The translations under genes were made by a program, and so were the position numbers. The notes under the pieces were generated by a model. That model made no database searches. It saw only the letters and a list, made by a program, of their open reading frames with translations, and was not told where the DNA came from. A stretch of DNA of 64,000 bases, from the NCBI GenBank assembly GCA_050949315.1, contig JBMNFL010000001.1:576001-640000 (forward strand), read 5' to 3'. Each line of letters begins with the position of its first letter. Within the stretch, counting starts at the first letter, position 1. This DNA is from Bacilli bacterium. Lineage in GTDB: Bacteria > Bacillota_I > Bacilli_A > RFN20 > UBA1709. Positions 52,217 to 63,567 of the stretch are shown here, one piece after another.

Positions 52217-53494
52217 ATGGTGATAACGATGTTAGTTAAACCTTTAGCCTTTCGTGTCCGACCAACTAATCTTAAAGCCATTGTCGGTCAAAAGCATTTA
52301 ACAGGACCTAGTGGCTTTATTAGTCGCTTACTAGAAAAGAAGACCCTTTATTCTTTAATTCTCTTTGGACCCCCAGGTACTGGTAAAACAACACTGGCTT
52401 TGATTTTAGTGAACGCTTTGAATCTTCACTACCGCTTTTTAAATGCCACTAGTAGCAATAAAAAAGAAATGGAAATTGCCATTGAAGAAGCGAAAATGTA
52501 TGGACATTTAGTAATAATTATCGATGAAGTCCATCGTTTAAACAAAGATAAACAAGACTTTCTTTTGCCGCATATAGAAAGTGGACTTATAACCCTAATT
52601 GGGGCGACAACTTCTAATCCCTATCACTCGATGAATCCGGCTCTTCATTCACGCTGCCATCTTTTAGAATTCTACCCTTTAGAACTTAAAGATGTGGAAG
52701 AAGCTTTAGAAAACGCTTTGGTTGATCCTAATGGCCTAGAAGGTAAATACAGTATTGATAAAAAAGCCCTCTCTCTTATCGCTAAACTCTCAGGTGGCGA
52801 TGTGCGTTATGCCCTTAATCAATTAGAAATCTGTGCCCTTTGTAGCGAGAATCAACACATTAATGTTGAATTAGTAAAAGCTAATTCTCGAGTCCCTCAA
52901 TACTTGCTTGATAGCGATGAAGATGGTCATTACGATGCCGTCAGTGCCTTGCAAAAATCCATTAGAGGCAGTGATGTTGATGCCGCTCTTTACTACCTTG
53001 CTCGCCTAATCGTAGCTGAAGATTTAGACTCCATTGAAAGACGTCTTAGTATTACCGCTTGGGAAGACATCGGTCTAGCTAATCCCAATGCTGTTATGCG
53101 TTGTTGTAAGGCAATAGAAACCGCCCGCCTCGTCGGCTTCCCCGAAGCGATTATCTCTCTTGGGGTCGCAGTCTGTGATCTATGTCTATCTCCAAAATCT
53201 AAGAGTGCTTATCTGGCTATTCAAAAAGCAGTTGATTTTGCTAAAAAGAACCCCTTACCTGTCCCTAAATTTATGCGCCTAACACCTCATAATTTAAAAG
53301 ATGAAGAAAAATTCCCCTATGATCGACCTGATGTCTGGGCGAAAATTCAATATCTGCCTGAGCAGATTAAAAACCTAAAATTCTATGAAGGCTGGCCTAG
53401 CAGCAGCTATGAGCGGGCCCTAATTGATAATTACAACAAATTAAAACAAACAAAAAGAACTAGTGATATTCCTTCTTTACTTAAGAAAGACTAG
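52217..53494 (+). CDS. rarA: Replication-associated recombination protein A
   Basis: PLAFRVRP, GPPGTGKTT, DEVHR, SALQKSIRGSD, EDIGLANP. Confidence 0.96.
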   Translation: MVITMLVKPLAFRVRPTNLKAIVGQKHLTGPSGFISRLLEKKTLYSLILFGPPGTGKTTLALILVNALNLHYRFLNATSSNKKEMEIAIEEAKMYGHLVIIIDEVHRLNKDKQDFLLPHIESGLITLIGATTSNPYHSMNPALHSRCHLLEFYPLELKDVEEALENALVDPNGLEGKYSIDKKALSLIAKLSGGDVRYALNQLEICALCSENQHINVELVKANSRVPQYLLDSDEDGHYDAVSALQKSIRGSDVDAALYYLARLIVAEDLDSIERRLSITAWEDIGLANPNAVMRCCKAIETARLVGFPEAIISLGVAVCDLCLSPKSKSAYLAIQKAVDFAKKNPLPVPKFMRLTPHNLKDEEKFPYDRPDVWAKIQYLPEQIKNLKFYEGWPSSSYERALIDNYNKLKQTKRTSDIPSLLKKD

Positions 53495-53504
53495 TTCTTT
53501 CTTT

Positions 53505-54818
53505 TTAATCTAAAATTTTCCAAATAAGATCTAAAGCCTTAGTGGGCTTCTTAGAAAAGCGATAACATTTCAAAACTTGGGTTTTAGCCACTTCAATCAC
53601 GCTTTCATTATTGGTATATAAAGTAGCTAGTAACTCGCCCTTTTCAACTTTTTCCCCTGTCTTTTTAGCAACGATTATGCCGGAACTAAAATCGATTTTA
53701 TCTTCTTTTTTCTCACGCCCTGCTCCAAGCAAGCGCGCCACTTCACCTAAACCAACGGTTAACATCTTTTTTATATAAGCTGTTTTCTTAGCATAAACAG
53801 GAATCACATATTTAGCTAGAGCAAACTTCTCGGGTTTTTCTAGATAAGTCACGTCTCCACCCTGCGCTTTTACTAGCTCTACTAATTTTTCAAAAGCCTT
53901 GCCGTTTAGTAAAACCTCTTCTAAAGCTTTCCGTGCCACTTTCTTATCCTTATATTGTTTAGATTGAATTAACATCACTGTCCCGGCCTCTAAACACAAT
54001 TCTCTTAAGTCTATAGGTCCCTTATTTTTAAGCGTCATAATTGCTTCTTTAACCTCTAAATTATTGCCAATCGCTAAACCTAAGGGCTCATCCATATTGG
54101 TAATCAAAGCTCGGGTGTCGCGCTTCATGTGCTTACCAATAGCAATCATCGTGTTGGCCAGTTTTTCGGCTTCTTTTGGGTTTTTACAGAAGGCCCCTGA
54201 ACCATACTTAACATCCAAACAAATGGCATCGCTGCCCGTCGCTAACTTTTTAGACATGATACTGGCTGCAATTAAAGGGAAAGAATTAACCGTTGCCGTG
54301 ACATCTCGTAAAGCATAGAGTTTTTTATCGGCGGGAACCAAATATTCACTTTGACCAATAATGGCTACCCCAATTTGCGCCACCTGTTTAATAAAATCTT
54401 CTTGTTTTATCTCCGTCTTAAAACCAGGGATGGACTCTAGTTTGTCTATTGTTCCCCCAGTATGGCCAAGACCACGCCCAGATATTTTGGCAACCTTAAC
54501 CCCACAGGCGGCAACCATGGGTGCTAAAACTAAAGAAGTTTTATCCCCAACCCCTCCCGTTGAGTGCTTATCAACCTTAATTCCAGGAATCTTAGAAAGA
54601 TCAACGACTTTGCCACTATGCATCATCTCATCGGTTAAAATAGCTGTTTCCTCAGCATTTAAGCCTCTAAAGAAAATAGCCATTAACAAGGCACTGGCTT
54701 GATAGTCAGGAATTAAACCTTGGACATAATTATGAATAAAAAAATGGATTTCCTCGCGATTTAAACGCCCGTTTTTCTTTTTCTTTTCAATAATTTCGGT
54801 CATTAACATCTTTGCCAC
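53505..54818 (-). CDS. pdp: Pyrimidine-nucleoside phosphorylase
   Basis: DKHSTGGVGDK, SGRGLGHTGGTIDKLESIPG, YALRDVTATV. Confidence 0.95.
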   Translation of the reverse strand: MAKMLMTEIIEKKKKNGRLNREEIHFFIHNYVQGLIPDYQASALLMAIFFRGLNAEETAILTDEMMHSGKVVDLSKIPGIKVDKHSTGGVGDKTSLVLAPMVAACGVKVAKISGRGLGHTGGTIDKLESIPGFKTEIKQEDFIKQVAQIGVAIIGQSEYLVPADKKLYALRDVTATVNSFPLIAASIMSKKLATGSDAICLDVKYGSGAFCKNPKEAEKLANTMIAIGKHMKRDTRALITNMDEPLGLAIGNNLEVKEAIMTLKNKGPIDLRELCLEAGTVMLIQSKQYKDKKVARKALEEVLLNGKAFEKLVELVKAQGGDVTYLEKPEKFALAKYVIPVYAKKTAYIKKMLTVGLGEVARLLGAGREKKEDKIDFSSGIIVAKKTGEKVEKGELLATLYTNNESVIEVAKTQVLKCYRFSKKPTKALDLIWKILD

Positions 54819-54879
54819 CTCGCCATTTAATTATACCTTTTGCCTTTAAGCAAAGCAATAAAGTTGCTATAATGTTCCC

Positions 54880-56202
54880 ATGAAATACGCAGATTTTCTA
54901 AAAACCTATTTCCCCGAAGACTTCGTCGACCAATTAATAAAAGCCCAAGAAGGGGAAGCTATTAGTGGCCTACGGATCAATCGTTCTAAATGCCACGATT
55001 TAGGTCTTTTTAGAATGCTTGAAAAACATCCCTTTGTTAAACAGGCTTATCTTTTTGATAAAAACATCCACGCTTTCGGCAAAAGCGTTTACCACCAAGC
55101 TGGGCTTTACTATATTCAAGAGCCAAGTGCCATGTTGGTTGCCGAACTTTTAAATATAAAAGATGATGACTATGTTCTTGATCTCTGTGCTGCCCCTGGT
55201 GGCAAAGCCACCCATGCTGCTCAGTTTCTAACAGAAGATGGACTATTAGTCGCGAATGACTATAACTATAAACGCGCCTTAGCCTTACAGGAAAATATTG
55301 AACGAATGGGTATTAAAAATGCCATTATTCTTAATAATGATGTTAAAAAACTAGCCGAGAAATACCAAGGCGTTTTTAATAAAGTTATCCTAGATGCTCC
55401 TTGTTCTGGTGAAGGTATGTTTAGAAAGAGTGAAGAAGTTAGCGAAGACTGGAGTTTAGAAAAGGTGCACCGACTAGCAAAATTACAAAAAGAATTAATT
55501 TTAAAGGCTTATACACTACTTAAAAAAGGTGGTATCTTGATTTATTCAACCTGCACTTTCAATCCTTTAGAAAACGAAGAGGTTGTTAAAGAACTTTTAA
55601 CCAAAACTCAGGCCTCTTTAATAAGCTTACCCGAAGTTCCAAATTCTAAACGGGGTTTGGAATTAAAAGAAGCCTTACGTTTATTCCCCACTGATTACCC
55701 CTGGGAAGGCCACTTCATCGCTTTACTGCGCTGCAATGATGAACATCAAAGGTTTGATTTAAAAGTTAACAAAAGTAATATTGATAATCAGAGTTTGAAA
55801 CTTTTTAATGATTTTGTAAGACTTAATTTAAACTTGTCTTTTGATAAAACTAGACTTTATAAAATTCAAAACTCGCTTTATTATCAGCCAAAGAATAGTT
55901 TGAATACTGATCAGCTTAAAGTTTTACGTCTAGGACTTAAACTCGGCGATTTTAAGAGTAAACATTTCGTTCCAAGTCATTCTCTTGCATTGGCTAGTCA
56001 AAAAAAGGATTGGCAGAAAGTACTAGAATTAAACAAGGAAGAAACACAGCAATATTTAAAAGGCCTAACCTTTACTCATCAAGCCGATGATGGTTACGCC
56101 CTTGTTACTTATAATTCTTATATTTTAGGTTTTGCTAAAATTGTCCAAAACCAATTAAAAAACCATTATCCTAAAGCCTTACGCCGGGATGTAATTCTTT
56201 AA
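54880..56202 (+). CDS. rsmF: RsmF/NOL1 rRNA m5C methyltransferase
   Basis: YYIQEPSA, DLCAAPGGK, DAPCSGEGMFRK, YSTCTF..ENE, KNHYPK. Confidence 0.9.
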   Translation: MKYADFLKTYFPEDFVDQLIKAQEGEAISGLRINRSKCHDLGLFRMLEKHPFVKQAYLFDKNIHAFGKSVYHQAGLYYIQEPSAMLVAELLNIKDDDYVLDLCAAPGGKATHAAQFLTEDGLLVANDYNYKRALALQENIERMGIKNAIILNNDVKKLAEKYQGVFNKVILDAPCSGEGMFRKSEEVSEDWSLEKVHRLAKLQKELILKAYTLLKKGGILIYSTCTFNPLENEEVVKELLTKTQASLISLPEVPNSKRGLELKEALRLFPTDYPWEGHFIALLRCNDEHQRFDLKVNKSNIDNQSLKLFNDFVRLNLNLSFDKTRLYKIQNSLYYQPKNSLNTDQLKVLRLGLKLGDFKSKHFVPSHSLALASQKKDWQKVLELNKEETQQYLKGLTFTHQADDGYALVTYNSYILGFAKIVQNQLKNHYPKALRRDVIL

Positions 56203-56907
56203 CATTCGATTGACTTCTGGTTCAATTAAATTTTGTAATTTAACAGCTAATTCTGTAGTTGAAAATTGTTTATATTCATCATAACTAATGGGATCAAAAA
56301 ACTTAAATTCAATGTTGTACTCTTTCTTGTGAACCTTTTTACTAAAGATTTCCCAAGCCCCACAAAAGGCACAGGGAACAATTGTCGCTTTAGCTAGATA
56401 GGCTATTTTCAAAGCGCCTGGACGAAACTCGTTCATCGTATGGTCGGCCTTTTTACTACGCGTGCCCTCAGGAAACACCCAAACACATTTGCCTTCTTCA
56501 ATTTTTTTCACCGCTTCTTTAACCACCCGCACGGCTTCTCTTACATTTTCACAATCAATATAAATACTTTCTAAAAAAGTGGAAACATGGCCTGCAAAAG
56601 GAAATTTAGCAATTTCTTTTTTAGCAATATAGACAATGGGTTTGTCTATCGCTTCTGAAATCATCGGGTCATAAAAAGATTGATGATTGGAAACGAAAAC
56701 TACTGGTCCTTCTGGTACTTTTTCGCGTCCATCAAAATTGACTTTAACATTAAAAGCCCTCGTTACTAAACGATAAAAATAGTAGCCAAATTTGCGGCGT
56801 TTCTCATAGGGAATCTTATCCATATGTTTATGATAATAGACAATTCTTGGATAATTAAATAGGATTTGAAAGCCCGCTTTTATAATTGCTTTAAAGTACT
56901 TCCACAT
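56179..56907 (-). CDS. plsC: 1-acyl-sn-glycerol-3-phosphate acyltransferase
   Basis: NHQSFYD, AKKE, FPEGTRS. Confidence 0.9.
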   Translation of the reverse strand: MWKYFKAIIKAGFQILFNYPRIVYYHKHMDKIPYEKRRKFGYYFYRLVTRAFNVKVNFDGREKVPEGPVVFVSNHQSFYDPMISEAIDKPIVYIAKKEIAKFPFAGHVSTFLESIYIDCENVREAVRVVKEAVKKIEEGKCVWVFPEGTRSKKADHTMNEFRPGALKIAYLAKATIVPCAFCGAWEIFSKKVHKKEYNIEFKFFDPISYDEYKQFSTTELAVKLQNLIEPEVNRMLKNYIPA

Positions 56908-57379
56908 TTGTTTGTCTCCTCACATAATATTTAACGACAAAGCCTTCTTTCTGCTCAGAGGCCATTAATTTAAAGTCGGCTTCAAACTCAGGAAAATAAG
57001 TGTCTCCTTTATGTTTTCCCTCAACTAAGGAAAGAATAATTTTACTGGCATAAGGTAGAGCTAATTTATAAACACTCGCTCCCCCAATAACCATATATTC
57101 CTTATTTTCCTTGCTACACTTTATTAAGAAGGGTTCTAAATCACGAACCACTTGAATCTTAGGATGTCTTGCTTGATAGTCTTCCTCAAAACTCCCAACA
57201 ATATTGATCCGTTCGGGTAAAGGACCTTTTAAAGATTCATAAGTTGTTTGGCCCATAATAACCGTTTTCCCTAAAGTCTTTTCTCTAAAATGGCGAAGAT
57301 CATCTTTTAAATGCCAAGGGATTTTTCCTTTATAACCAATAACTCGATCCTGATCGATGGCCACGATTAAAGTAATCAT
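56891..57379 (-). CDS. folA: Dihydrofolate reductase
   Basis: [35 protein letters not shown]. Confidence 0.95.
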   Translation of the reverse strand: MITLIVAIDQDRVIGYKGKIPWHLKDDLRHFREKTLGKTVIMGQTTYESLKGPLPERINIVGSFEEDYQARHPKIQVVRDLEPFLIKCSKENKEYMVIGGASVYKLALPYASKIILSLVEGKHKGDTYFPEFEADFKLMASEQKEGFVVKYYVRRQTNVEVL

Positions 57380-58248
57380 ACGCTGACCTTCGCTTTAATC
57401 GCTGGATATGGCTCATAACCAACTAATTCAAAGTCTTCTTCTTTAAATTCTAATACGGATTTACAGTGGCGTTTAATGTTTAGACGCGGTAAGGCTCTTG
57501 GTGTCCGCTCAAGTTGTAATTTTACTTGCTCTAAATGATCTTTATAGATATGAACATCACCAAAAGTATGAACAAACTCCCCAACTTCAAGACCTAAAAC
57601 ATTAGCAAACATATGGGTTAACAAGGAGTAGGATGCGATATTAAAAGGTACACCTAAAAAGACATCAGCTGAACGTTGATATAATTGACAGGATAAACGC
57701 TTGCCATCACTAGAAATATAAAACTGGACAAAGGCATGACAAGGCGGCAAGGCCATTTCTTTAATTTGGGCGGGATTCCAGGCGCAAAGAATATGACGCC
57801 GAGAAAAAGGTTCTTCTTTCAAAGAGCGTTCTAATTCTTTAATTTGATCCGTTCTAAAAAAGTCCCGCCATTGATGACCATAAACTGGCCCCAAATTACC
57901 CCATTTTTTGGCAAAAGCATCATCATTAGCAATTCTTTCAATAAACTCTTCAAGGCTCTCTCCTTTAAAAGCTTTTGATTGTTTAAACTTCTCATAGGGC
58001 CACTCGTTCCAAATCCTAATCTTTTGTCTAACTAGTGGCTGAATATTGGTGTTCCCCGTCAAAAACCATAATAACTCGCCTAAAACAATTCTTAAAACTA
58101 TTTTCTTAGTGGTTAGTAAAGGGAAACCTTCTTGAAGGTTAACCCGCATTTGATAACCAAAAGTGGAAATGGTGCCCGTACCGGTACGGTCAACTCTTTC
58201 CTGGCCATTTTTTAAAATATGGCGACATAAATCTAAATACTGTTGCAT
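57376..58248 (-). CDS. thyA: Thymidylate synthase
   Basis: [25 protein letters not shown]. Confidence 0.97.
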   Translation of the reverse strand: MQQYLDLCRHILKNGQERVDRTGTGTISTFGYQMRVNLQEGFPLLTTKKIVLRIVLGELLWFLTGNTNIQPLVRQKIRIWNEWPYEKFKQSKAFKGESLEEFIERIANDDAFAKKWGNLGPVYGHQWRDFFRTDQIKELERSLKEEPFSRRHILCAWNPAQIKEMALPPCHAFVQFYISSDGKRLSCQLYQRSADVFLGVPFNIASYSLLTHMFANVLGLEVGEFVHTFGDVHIYKDHLEQVKLQLERTPRALPRLNIKRHCKSVLEFKEEDFELVGYEPYPAIKAKVSV

Positions 58249-58259
58249 ACTGCTCCTTT

Positions 58260-58532
58260 CTACCCCAATACATCAATATAGGTACATTCTAATTCGATGG
58301 TCTCGCCTTCTAAACAATTCAGGCGGCCACAGACACTAACAAATTGGTTGTTCTGGCAATATTTGACTAAGCTTTCTACCCCTCGCCAAACCTTGCACTT
58401 AAGATAGTCTTTTAGAAAACTACCTTCAAAATCTTTAAAACTTCTCGTTACCTCTAATACTAAATACCAGTCTTTGTCGCTATCCTGATAGACCTTTTTT
58501 ACGCGACCAACTAATTGTACTTGATTGAGCAT
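58260..58532 (-). CDS. Short single-stranded DNA-binding (OB-fold) protein lacking the acidic tail
   Basis: [10 protein letters not shown]...VTRSFK...D.L.C.VW...VCGRL. Confidence 0.75.
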   Translation of the reverse strand: MLNQVQLVGRVKKVYQDSDKDWYLVLEVTRSFKDFEGSFLKDYLKCKVWRGVESLVKYCQNNQFVSVCGRLNCLEGETIELECTYIDVLG

Positions 58533-58576
58533 ATTTCCCTCCTAGTATTAAGACATGGTACTTCGATACTTACTCC

Positions 58577-61333
58577 TTAAAAATCATCTTCTTCGTTATC
58601 AAAACTTAAAAAACGCTCCCTAAAAACGGTACGTGGTTTGGGACCATTGGGTTCTGAAATATAGCCTTCTTCGGTAAGTTTATCCAAAAGACGGGCGGCT
58701 CTAGGGTGTCCAATACTAAACTTCCGAACTAAATATGAGGCAGAAATGGTCTCTTGACTTGGCAACCACTGCAAGATTTTTAAATATAATTCATCTTCAT
58801 TGCCATCGCCACCAAAATCCATTTCTTCAAAACTCATCTGGGTGGGCTCGGGAGGATCTAGATTTAAAAACTCCGGATCAAATTCAGGATTGCGCTGTTC
58901 ACGACAATAATCCGTAATTCTATCAACTTCTTCATCGCTAACAAAAGCGCCTTGAATTCTTTGGATTTCTAAACTGCCCGCCATCCTTAAAAGCATGTCT
59001 CCCATACCCAGAAGATTTTCAGCACCACCATCATCTAAAATGGTTCGCGAATCCTGATAAGCCGAGACGGCAAAGGCGATACGCGTGGGGATATTTCCTT
59101 TGATAACGCCAGTGATAACATCCACCGATGGGCGTTGAGTTGCCACAATTAAATGGATTCCTGAAGCTCGGGCTAATTGAGTAATACGACGAATGCTTTC
59201 TTCAACTTCATTTTTAGCAACCGTCATTAAATCGCCTAATTCATCAATAATAACGATGATATAAGGCAAGGGTTCTTTACCAATTGATTTGACATAATTG
59301 TTATAGAAAGTGATATTCTTCTTCCCTGCCTCCGAGAAAAGAGTGAAACGATTATCCATCTCCGTACAAAGTTTATCAAGAGCGACAGCCGCTTTTTTGG
59401 CATCGGTAATGACTGGACAGAGTAAATGCGGAATATTGGAATACGAGGAAAACTCCACCCGTTTAGGATCAATTAACATGATCTTTACCTCATCCGGTGT
59501 CGCGCGCATTAAAAGAGAAATAATGATGGTATTTAAACAAACAGATTTTCCGGTTCCTGTTGCTCCAGCCACTAGTATATGCGGGGCTCTATTAATCGGG
59601 GTTGTAATGGCTCGACCAATGATATCCTTACCAACGGCAAAAATAAGTTTATTATCTTTTTTATCAAAAGGAATGCCAATAAAAACCTCTTTAAAGGAAA
59701 CCATAGCACGATTGCGATTGGGAATATCAATACCCACATAATTGGTTCCCGGTATTGGTGTCAAAATGTCAATATGCGTGGCTGATAAAGCCATCATCAA
59801 ATCGTTTTTAACACTAGCAAAAACAGTGATTTTAACATCGCTACTAACCTCTACTTCAAAACGAGTAAAGGCCGGAGCAATCTTATAATCATGAACTTTA
59901 GCCTTAATCCCTAAACTGTTAAATTTAGCATTTAAAAGCACAATTTTTAATTCTGCCTCGGTTTTGTTTTCCGATAAATCAGCATAACTAATCTCATTTA
60001 GAAGAGAAATTGGGGGTAAGCGATATGCCCTTCTAACCCGTTTTGTTTCTTCCACCTTTGGTTGCTCCATTACAGGTGTTTCTTGAACTTTAGGTTCTTC
60101 AATCGCAAAATTTAGACTCTCTTCCTTTACTTGCTTTTCCGCAGTTCTAAACATATCTAGATCCAAGTCGGGCTTTTCTCGAAGTGGATTTATTTGAACA
60201 TTCTTTCTTTCATTTATATTTCTACTACTATAGTCTAGATTATCGTCATCATTGATTTCTTCTTTACGGTTGTCCAATAAATCTTGATCTGAAATATCAT
60301 AAACACTTTCACCTTTGGGGGGTTGTGCTATTGAAGGCTGTAGTGGGGGAGGAGTATTCTCATCAAATAGTGCATCACGAAAAACATTAAAACCCTTTGC
60401 TTCGCTACGCACGGAAAAACTCTCGGGTTCCTCAGTTGGAAAGTCGGTTAAACTATCAGTGAAGACATTGAAAATTTTTCTTTTTTCACTCTTGGCCCCA
60501 GGCATGATGAAATTTGATTCTTCATCGATAACATTAATATTCGAAAAGAAATCGTTATCCAAGGGCTGAGGGATATATTTATTTGAACTTGACTCTGGGA
60601 CAGAGGTATCAACCACTTTAATCCGACTGAGAATCTCTTCTTCTCTTTTTAATTCTCGTTCGGTGGCAAAATCTTCGGGTCGTTCACTTCTAGTCATCTC
60701 GACGCGTTTAGCTGGCATCTCTTTGATTTCTTTGATCTTGACTTTTTTACTTTTAGCCTTGCGATAAATTTTAGAAACCAAATATTCCATTAATGGTCTA
60801 AACAAAAGCAACAAAGCGATAATAAAACCCGCTAAATAAACAATCTTTACGAGGGGAGCAGTGACAATATTAGCGATAGCTGAATAAAAGAAGTGACCAA
60901 TTAAACCACCACCGACTTTAGAATCAATCAAGGTTTGAACACTTGGTCCATCAATATTGCTAAAACGGGTTCCATAAACACTAAAGACATTCATAATGGT
61001 GGCATCTGATTCACTGGCCCAAATTAAACAGAAAAAGACAGCGAAACAAAAGGCCGTGAGATATCCATTAATATCTAACTCCATCTTCCTTTGGCGAATA
61101 AAGTAGTAAGCGCCATAAAAACAACCAATTGCTAAAGGAACAAAATAAAAGCAACCAAATAAATAAACTAGAATAAAAGAAATAATCTTTCCTAAACCAA
61201 CACGATCAAAAATACCGATTAAACACAAGAGAAATGCTAATAAACCAAAGGCAAAATAGCGAGCCTTTTTGCTCGCTAGATCAGGAAATTTAAAACCGAA
61301 GCCTTTTTTATTGAAATTTGGTTCCATTAACAT
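58577..61333 (-). CDS. ftsK: DNA translocase FtsK/SpoIIIE
   Basis: N-terminal TMs; PHILVAGATGTGKS, IIDELGDLM, ATQRPSVDVITG; gamma domain. Confidence 0.96.
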   Translation of the reverse strand: MLMEPNFNKKGFGFKFPDLASKKARYFAFGLLAFLLCLIGIFDRVGLGKIISFILVYLFGCFYFVPLAIGCFYGAYYFIRQRKMELDINGYLTAFCFAVFFCLIWASESDATIMNVFSVYGTRFSNIDGPSVQTLIDSKVGGGLIGHFFYSAIANIVTAPLVKIVYLAGFIIALLLLFRPLMEYLVSKIYRKAKSKKVKIKEIKEMPAKRVEMTRSERPEDFATERELKREEEILSRIKVVDTSVPESSSNKYIPQPLDNDFFSNINVIDEESNFIMPGAKSEKRKIFNVFTDSLTDFPTEEPESFSVRSEAKGFNVFRDALFDENTPPPLQPSIAQPPKGESVYDISDQDLLDNRKEEINDDDNLDYSSRNINERKNVQINPLREKPDLDLDMFRTAEKQVKEESLNFAIEEPKVQETPVMEQPKVEETKRVRRAYRLPPISLLNEISYADLSENKTEAELKIVLLNAKFNSLGIKAKVHDYKIAPAFTRFEVEVSSDVKITVFASVKNDLMMALSATHIDILTPIPGTNYVGIDIPNRNRAMVSFKEVFIGIPFDKKDNKLIFAVGKDIIGRAITTPINRAPHILVAGATGTGKSVCLNTIIISLLMRATPDEVKIMLIDPKRVEFSSYSNIPHLLCPVITDAKKAAVALDKLCTEMDNRFTLFSEAGKKNITFYNNYVKSIGKEPLPYIIVIIDELGDLMTVAKNEVEESIRRITQLARASGIHLIVATQRPSVDVITGVIKGNIPTRIAFAVSAYQDSRTILDDGGAENLLGMGDMLLRMAGSLEIQRIQGAFVSDEEVDRITDYCREQRNPEFDPEFLNLDPPEPTQMSFEEMDFGGDGNEDELYLKILQWLPSQETISASYLVRKFSIGHPRAARLLDKLTEEGYISEPNGPKPRTVFRERFLSFDNEEDDF

Positions 61334-61415
61334 TCACCGTCTCCTATTATACTTGATAAAGGATAATAAAAAAAGCGTAAACGCATTTTTTTATCTTTTT
61401 GCGTCTACGCCAATT

Positions 61416-63089
61416 TTATTTCTGGTTAATATCAATTATTACTGGCAAGACTAGAGGGTCCTTCCCTGTGTATTTACGAACCAAACTAATTATCTTCTCC
61501 CGAATTTTTACTTTGGTTTCATCATGATTAACCGTTTTATTGTCCAAGGCCTCTTGAACTAGGTTTTGAAAAGTCCGCACCAATTCGGCAACAAACTCCT
61601 CAGCATCACGCAAGAAAATCAAACCACGCATTTGAGGATCAGGACCTGCAATAATTTTTTTATTTTTAGAATCTACCGAAACACCAAGAATTAAAACGCC
61701 TTCATCCGCCATTTTTTGACGATCAGAAATGACTGTGCTCTCAACATTACCTAAACTTAAACCATCAATCATAATCTCGCCATTTTCAATAATTTCACTA
61801 CAGCCTTTAAAAACGCCATCCTCAAAATAGGCCACCATTCCGTTATCAAAAACAAAGACATTATTGTGATTATAGCCTAGATTCATTGAAACGGCAATCT
61901 GGGCATTACTGACTAAATTTTTATAATCTCCCTTGACAGGTAAGTAGTATTTAGGACGAACTAAATTGATAAGTAATTTGATGTCTTCAGCGTGAGCGTG
62001 CATGGAAACAACTTGCTGTCTATTGATGTTATAAACCTTAGCCCCGGTTTTAAATACCTCATCAATTACCCGCGTTGAAAAGGTTTCTAGACCCGGAACT
62101 ACTGGTGAAGCGATAACAACATTATCAGTCGGTTTTATAGATACATTTTTATCTTCACCTTCAGACATTCTTCCTAAATAACTGAAAACCGCTTGACCAA
62201 TACCTGTCACTAAAATAACAATATCCTCGTTACCAGGGCGCCTTAAATCAGACTCATCAGCTTTTAAGTAGGAAGGAATCCTGATGGTTCCAAAACCAGT
62301 CGCGGCATCCAAAATTTCTTTCATCTCGTCATCAAAGATATAAACACGTCTCTTATACTTGATTGCTAAGTCAATAGCCTCACGAATACCAAAGAGATTC
62401 TGGGAGTAGAAAGAAAAGATAATGCGTCCTGTATTTTCAATAAAAATTGGTTCAACAATTGGCGTTATGCGATGATTAGGTGAGGTGTGTCCTGGAATAT
62501 GGCAACTGACTGATTCTGTCATTAAACACAAAACTCCTTTACGCTGTAAATCAACAAAGGAATCTAGATTGGTGCGATATTGTTGTAAATACTCATAATC
62601 TAAAATAAAGTCACTGCTGTAAACAACCAAACCATCACCAGTTTCAACCGCCACCCCTAAAGATTCATTGATAGAATGGGTAGTAGCAAAAAAGGTTGTT
62701 TCGTGCCCATTGATATCAATTATGTCTCCAGCTTTAACTTCCCGAAAATCAAATTTAACTTTTTGTTTGCGCCTTTTTGCTGTCAGTTCAATCATTTCCC
62801 GAGTGACTCTTGAACAATATACTGGGGCAGGAACATGTTGAATGATATAAGGCAAAGCTCCCATGATATCATCATGACCATGGCTGATAAAATAAGCCTT
62901 TACTCTCTTCTTATTATCTTTTAAATATTTATAATCAGGAATGATCATATCTACCCCACGCGATAAATTATCAGGGTATTTCATTCCGGCCTCAAAAACA
63001 ATAATGTCTTGGTTTATTTCCAAAACATACATATTTTTACCATTTTCATCTAAACCACCTAAAGCAAATATTTTAACAATATTTTTCAT
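61416..63089 (-). CDS. rnj: Ribonuclease J (J2-like degenerate active site)
   Basis: ALGGLDENGKNM, SHGHDDIMG, THSINES, SMHAHAED, PVKGDY. Confidence 0.9.
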   Translation of the reverse strand: MKNIVKIFALGGLDENGKNMYVLEINQDIIVFEAGMKYPDNLSRGVDMIIPDYKYLKDNKKRVKAYFISHGHDDIMGALPYIIQHVPAPVYCSRVTREMIELTAKRRKQKVKFDFREVKAGDIIDINGHETTFFATTHSINESLGVAVETGDGLVVYSSDFILDYEYLQQYRTNLDSFVDLQRKGVLCLMTESVSCHIPGHTSPNHRITPIVEPIFIENTGRIIFSFYSQNLFGIREAIDLAIKYKRRVYIFDDEMKEILDAATGFGTIRIPSYLKADESDLRRPGNEDIVILVTGIGQAVFSYLGRMSEGEDKNVSIKPTDNVVIASPVVPGLETFSTRVIDEVFKTGAKVYNINRQQVVSMHAHAEDIKLLINLVRPKYYLPVKGDYKNLVSNAQIAVSMNLGYNHNNVFVFDNGMVAYFEDGVFKGCSEIIENGEIMIDGLSLGNVESTVISDRQKMADEGVLILGVSVDSKNKKIIAGPDPQMRGLIFLRDAEEFVAELVRTFQNLVQEALDNKTVNHDETKVKIREKIISLVRKYTGKDPLVLPVIIDINQK

Positions 63090-63180
63090 ATTATTATCTC
63101 CTCGTCTTCTTTAAGTTGGATTATACTATTATTTTTGTCTAACGGTCAATAAAAAAGCGGAATTGCTTCCACTTTAACTT

Positions 63181-63519
63181 TTAATTACCACGCCGCCTAC
63201 TGACAGGTTTTGAACGATTATCCTCTTGAATTACTAACATCGCAATAAACATAGCTAAATCTATCGCTAAAACAACAATGCTCCATAAAATGACATTAAA
63301 CTTGGGCCATTTCCATGTTTTGATAACATACCACTCAATTGAAGTGGCAAAATCGGCACCAAAAGCGGCACCTAAAATAAGCACCATCATAAAGACGGCG
63401 ATTAAACCAAATATAATAAAGGCAATTGCACTTGCAATATCTTTTGCTTTCATATCCATCAATCTCCTCGCGATAAATACTACCAAAAGAACTAAAAAAA
63501 AGCAATCATGAATACTCAC
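63181..63519 (-). CDS. Small membrane protein (start uncertain)
   Basis: Hydrophobic helices and a basic C-terminus; GGAG RBS near the internal MDMK. Confidence 0.6.
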   Translation of the reverse strand: MSIHDCFFLVLLVVFIARRLMDMKAKDIASAIAFIIFGLIAVFMMVLILGAAFGADFATSIEWYVIKTWKWPKFNVILWSIVVLAIDLAMFIAMLVIQEDNRSKPVSRRRGN

Positions 63520-63567
63520 TATATTTATTGTTTGTTTTTTGTTAAAATACAGAAAGCGGAGGCTAAT

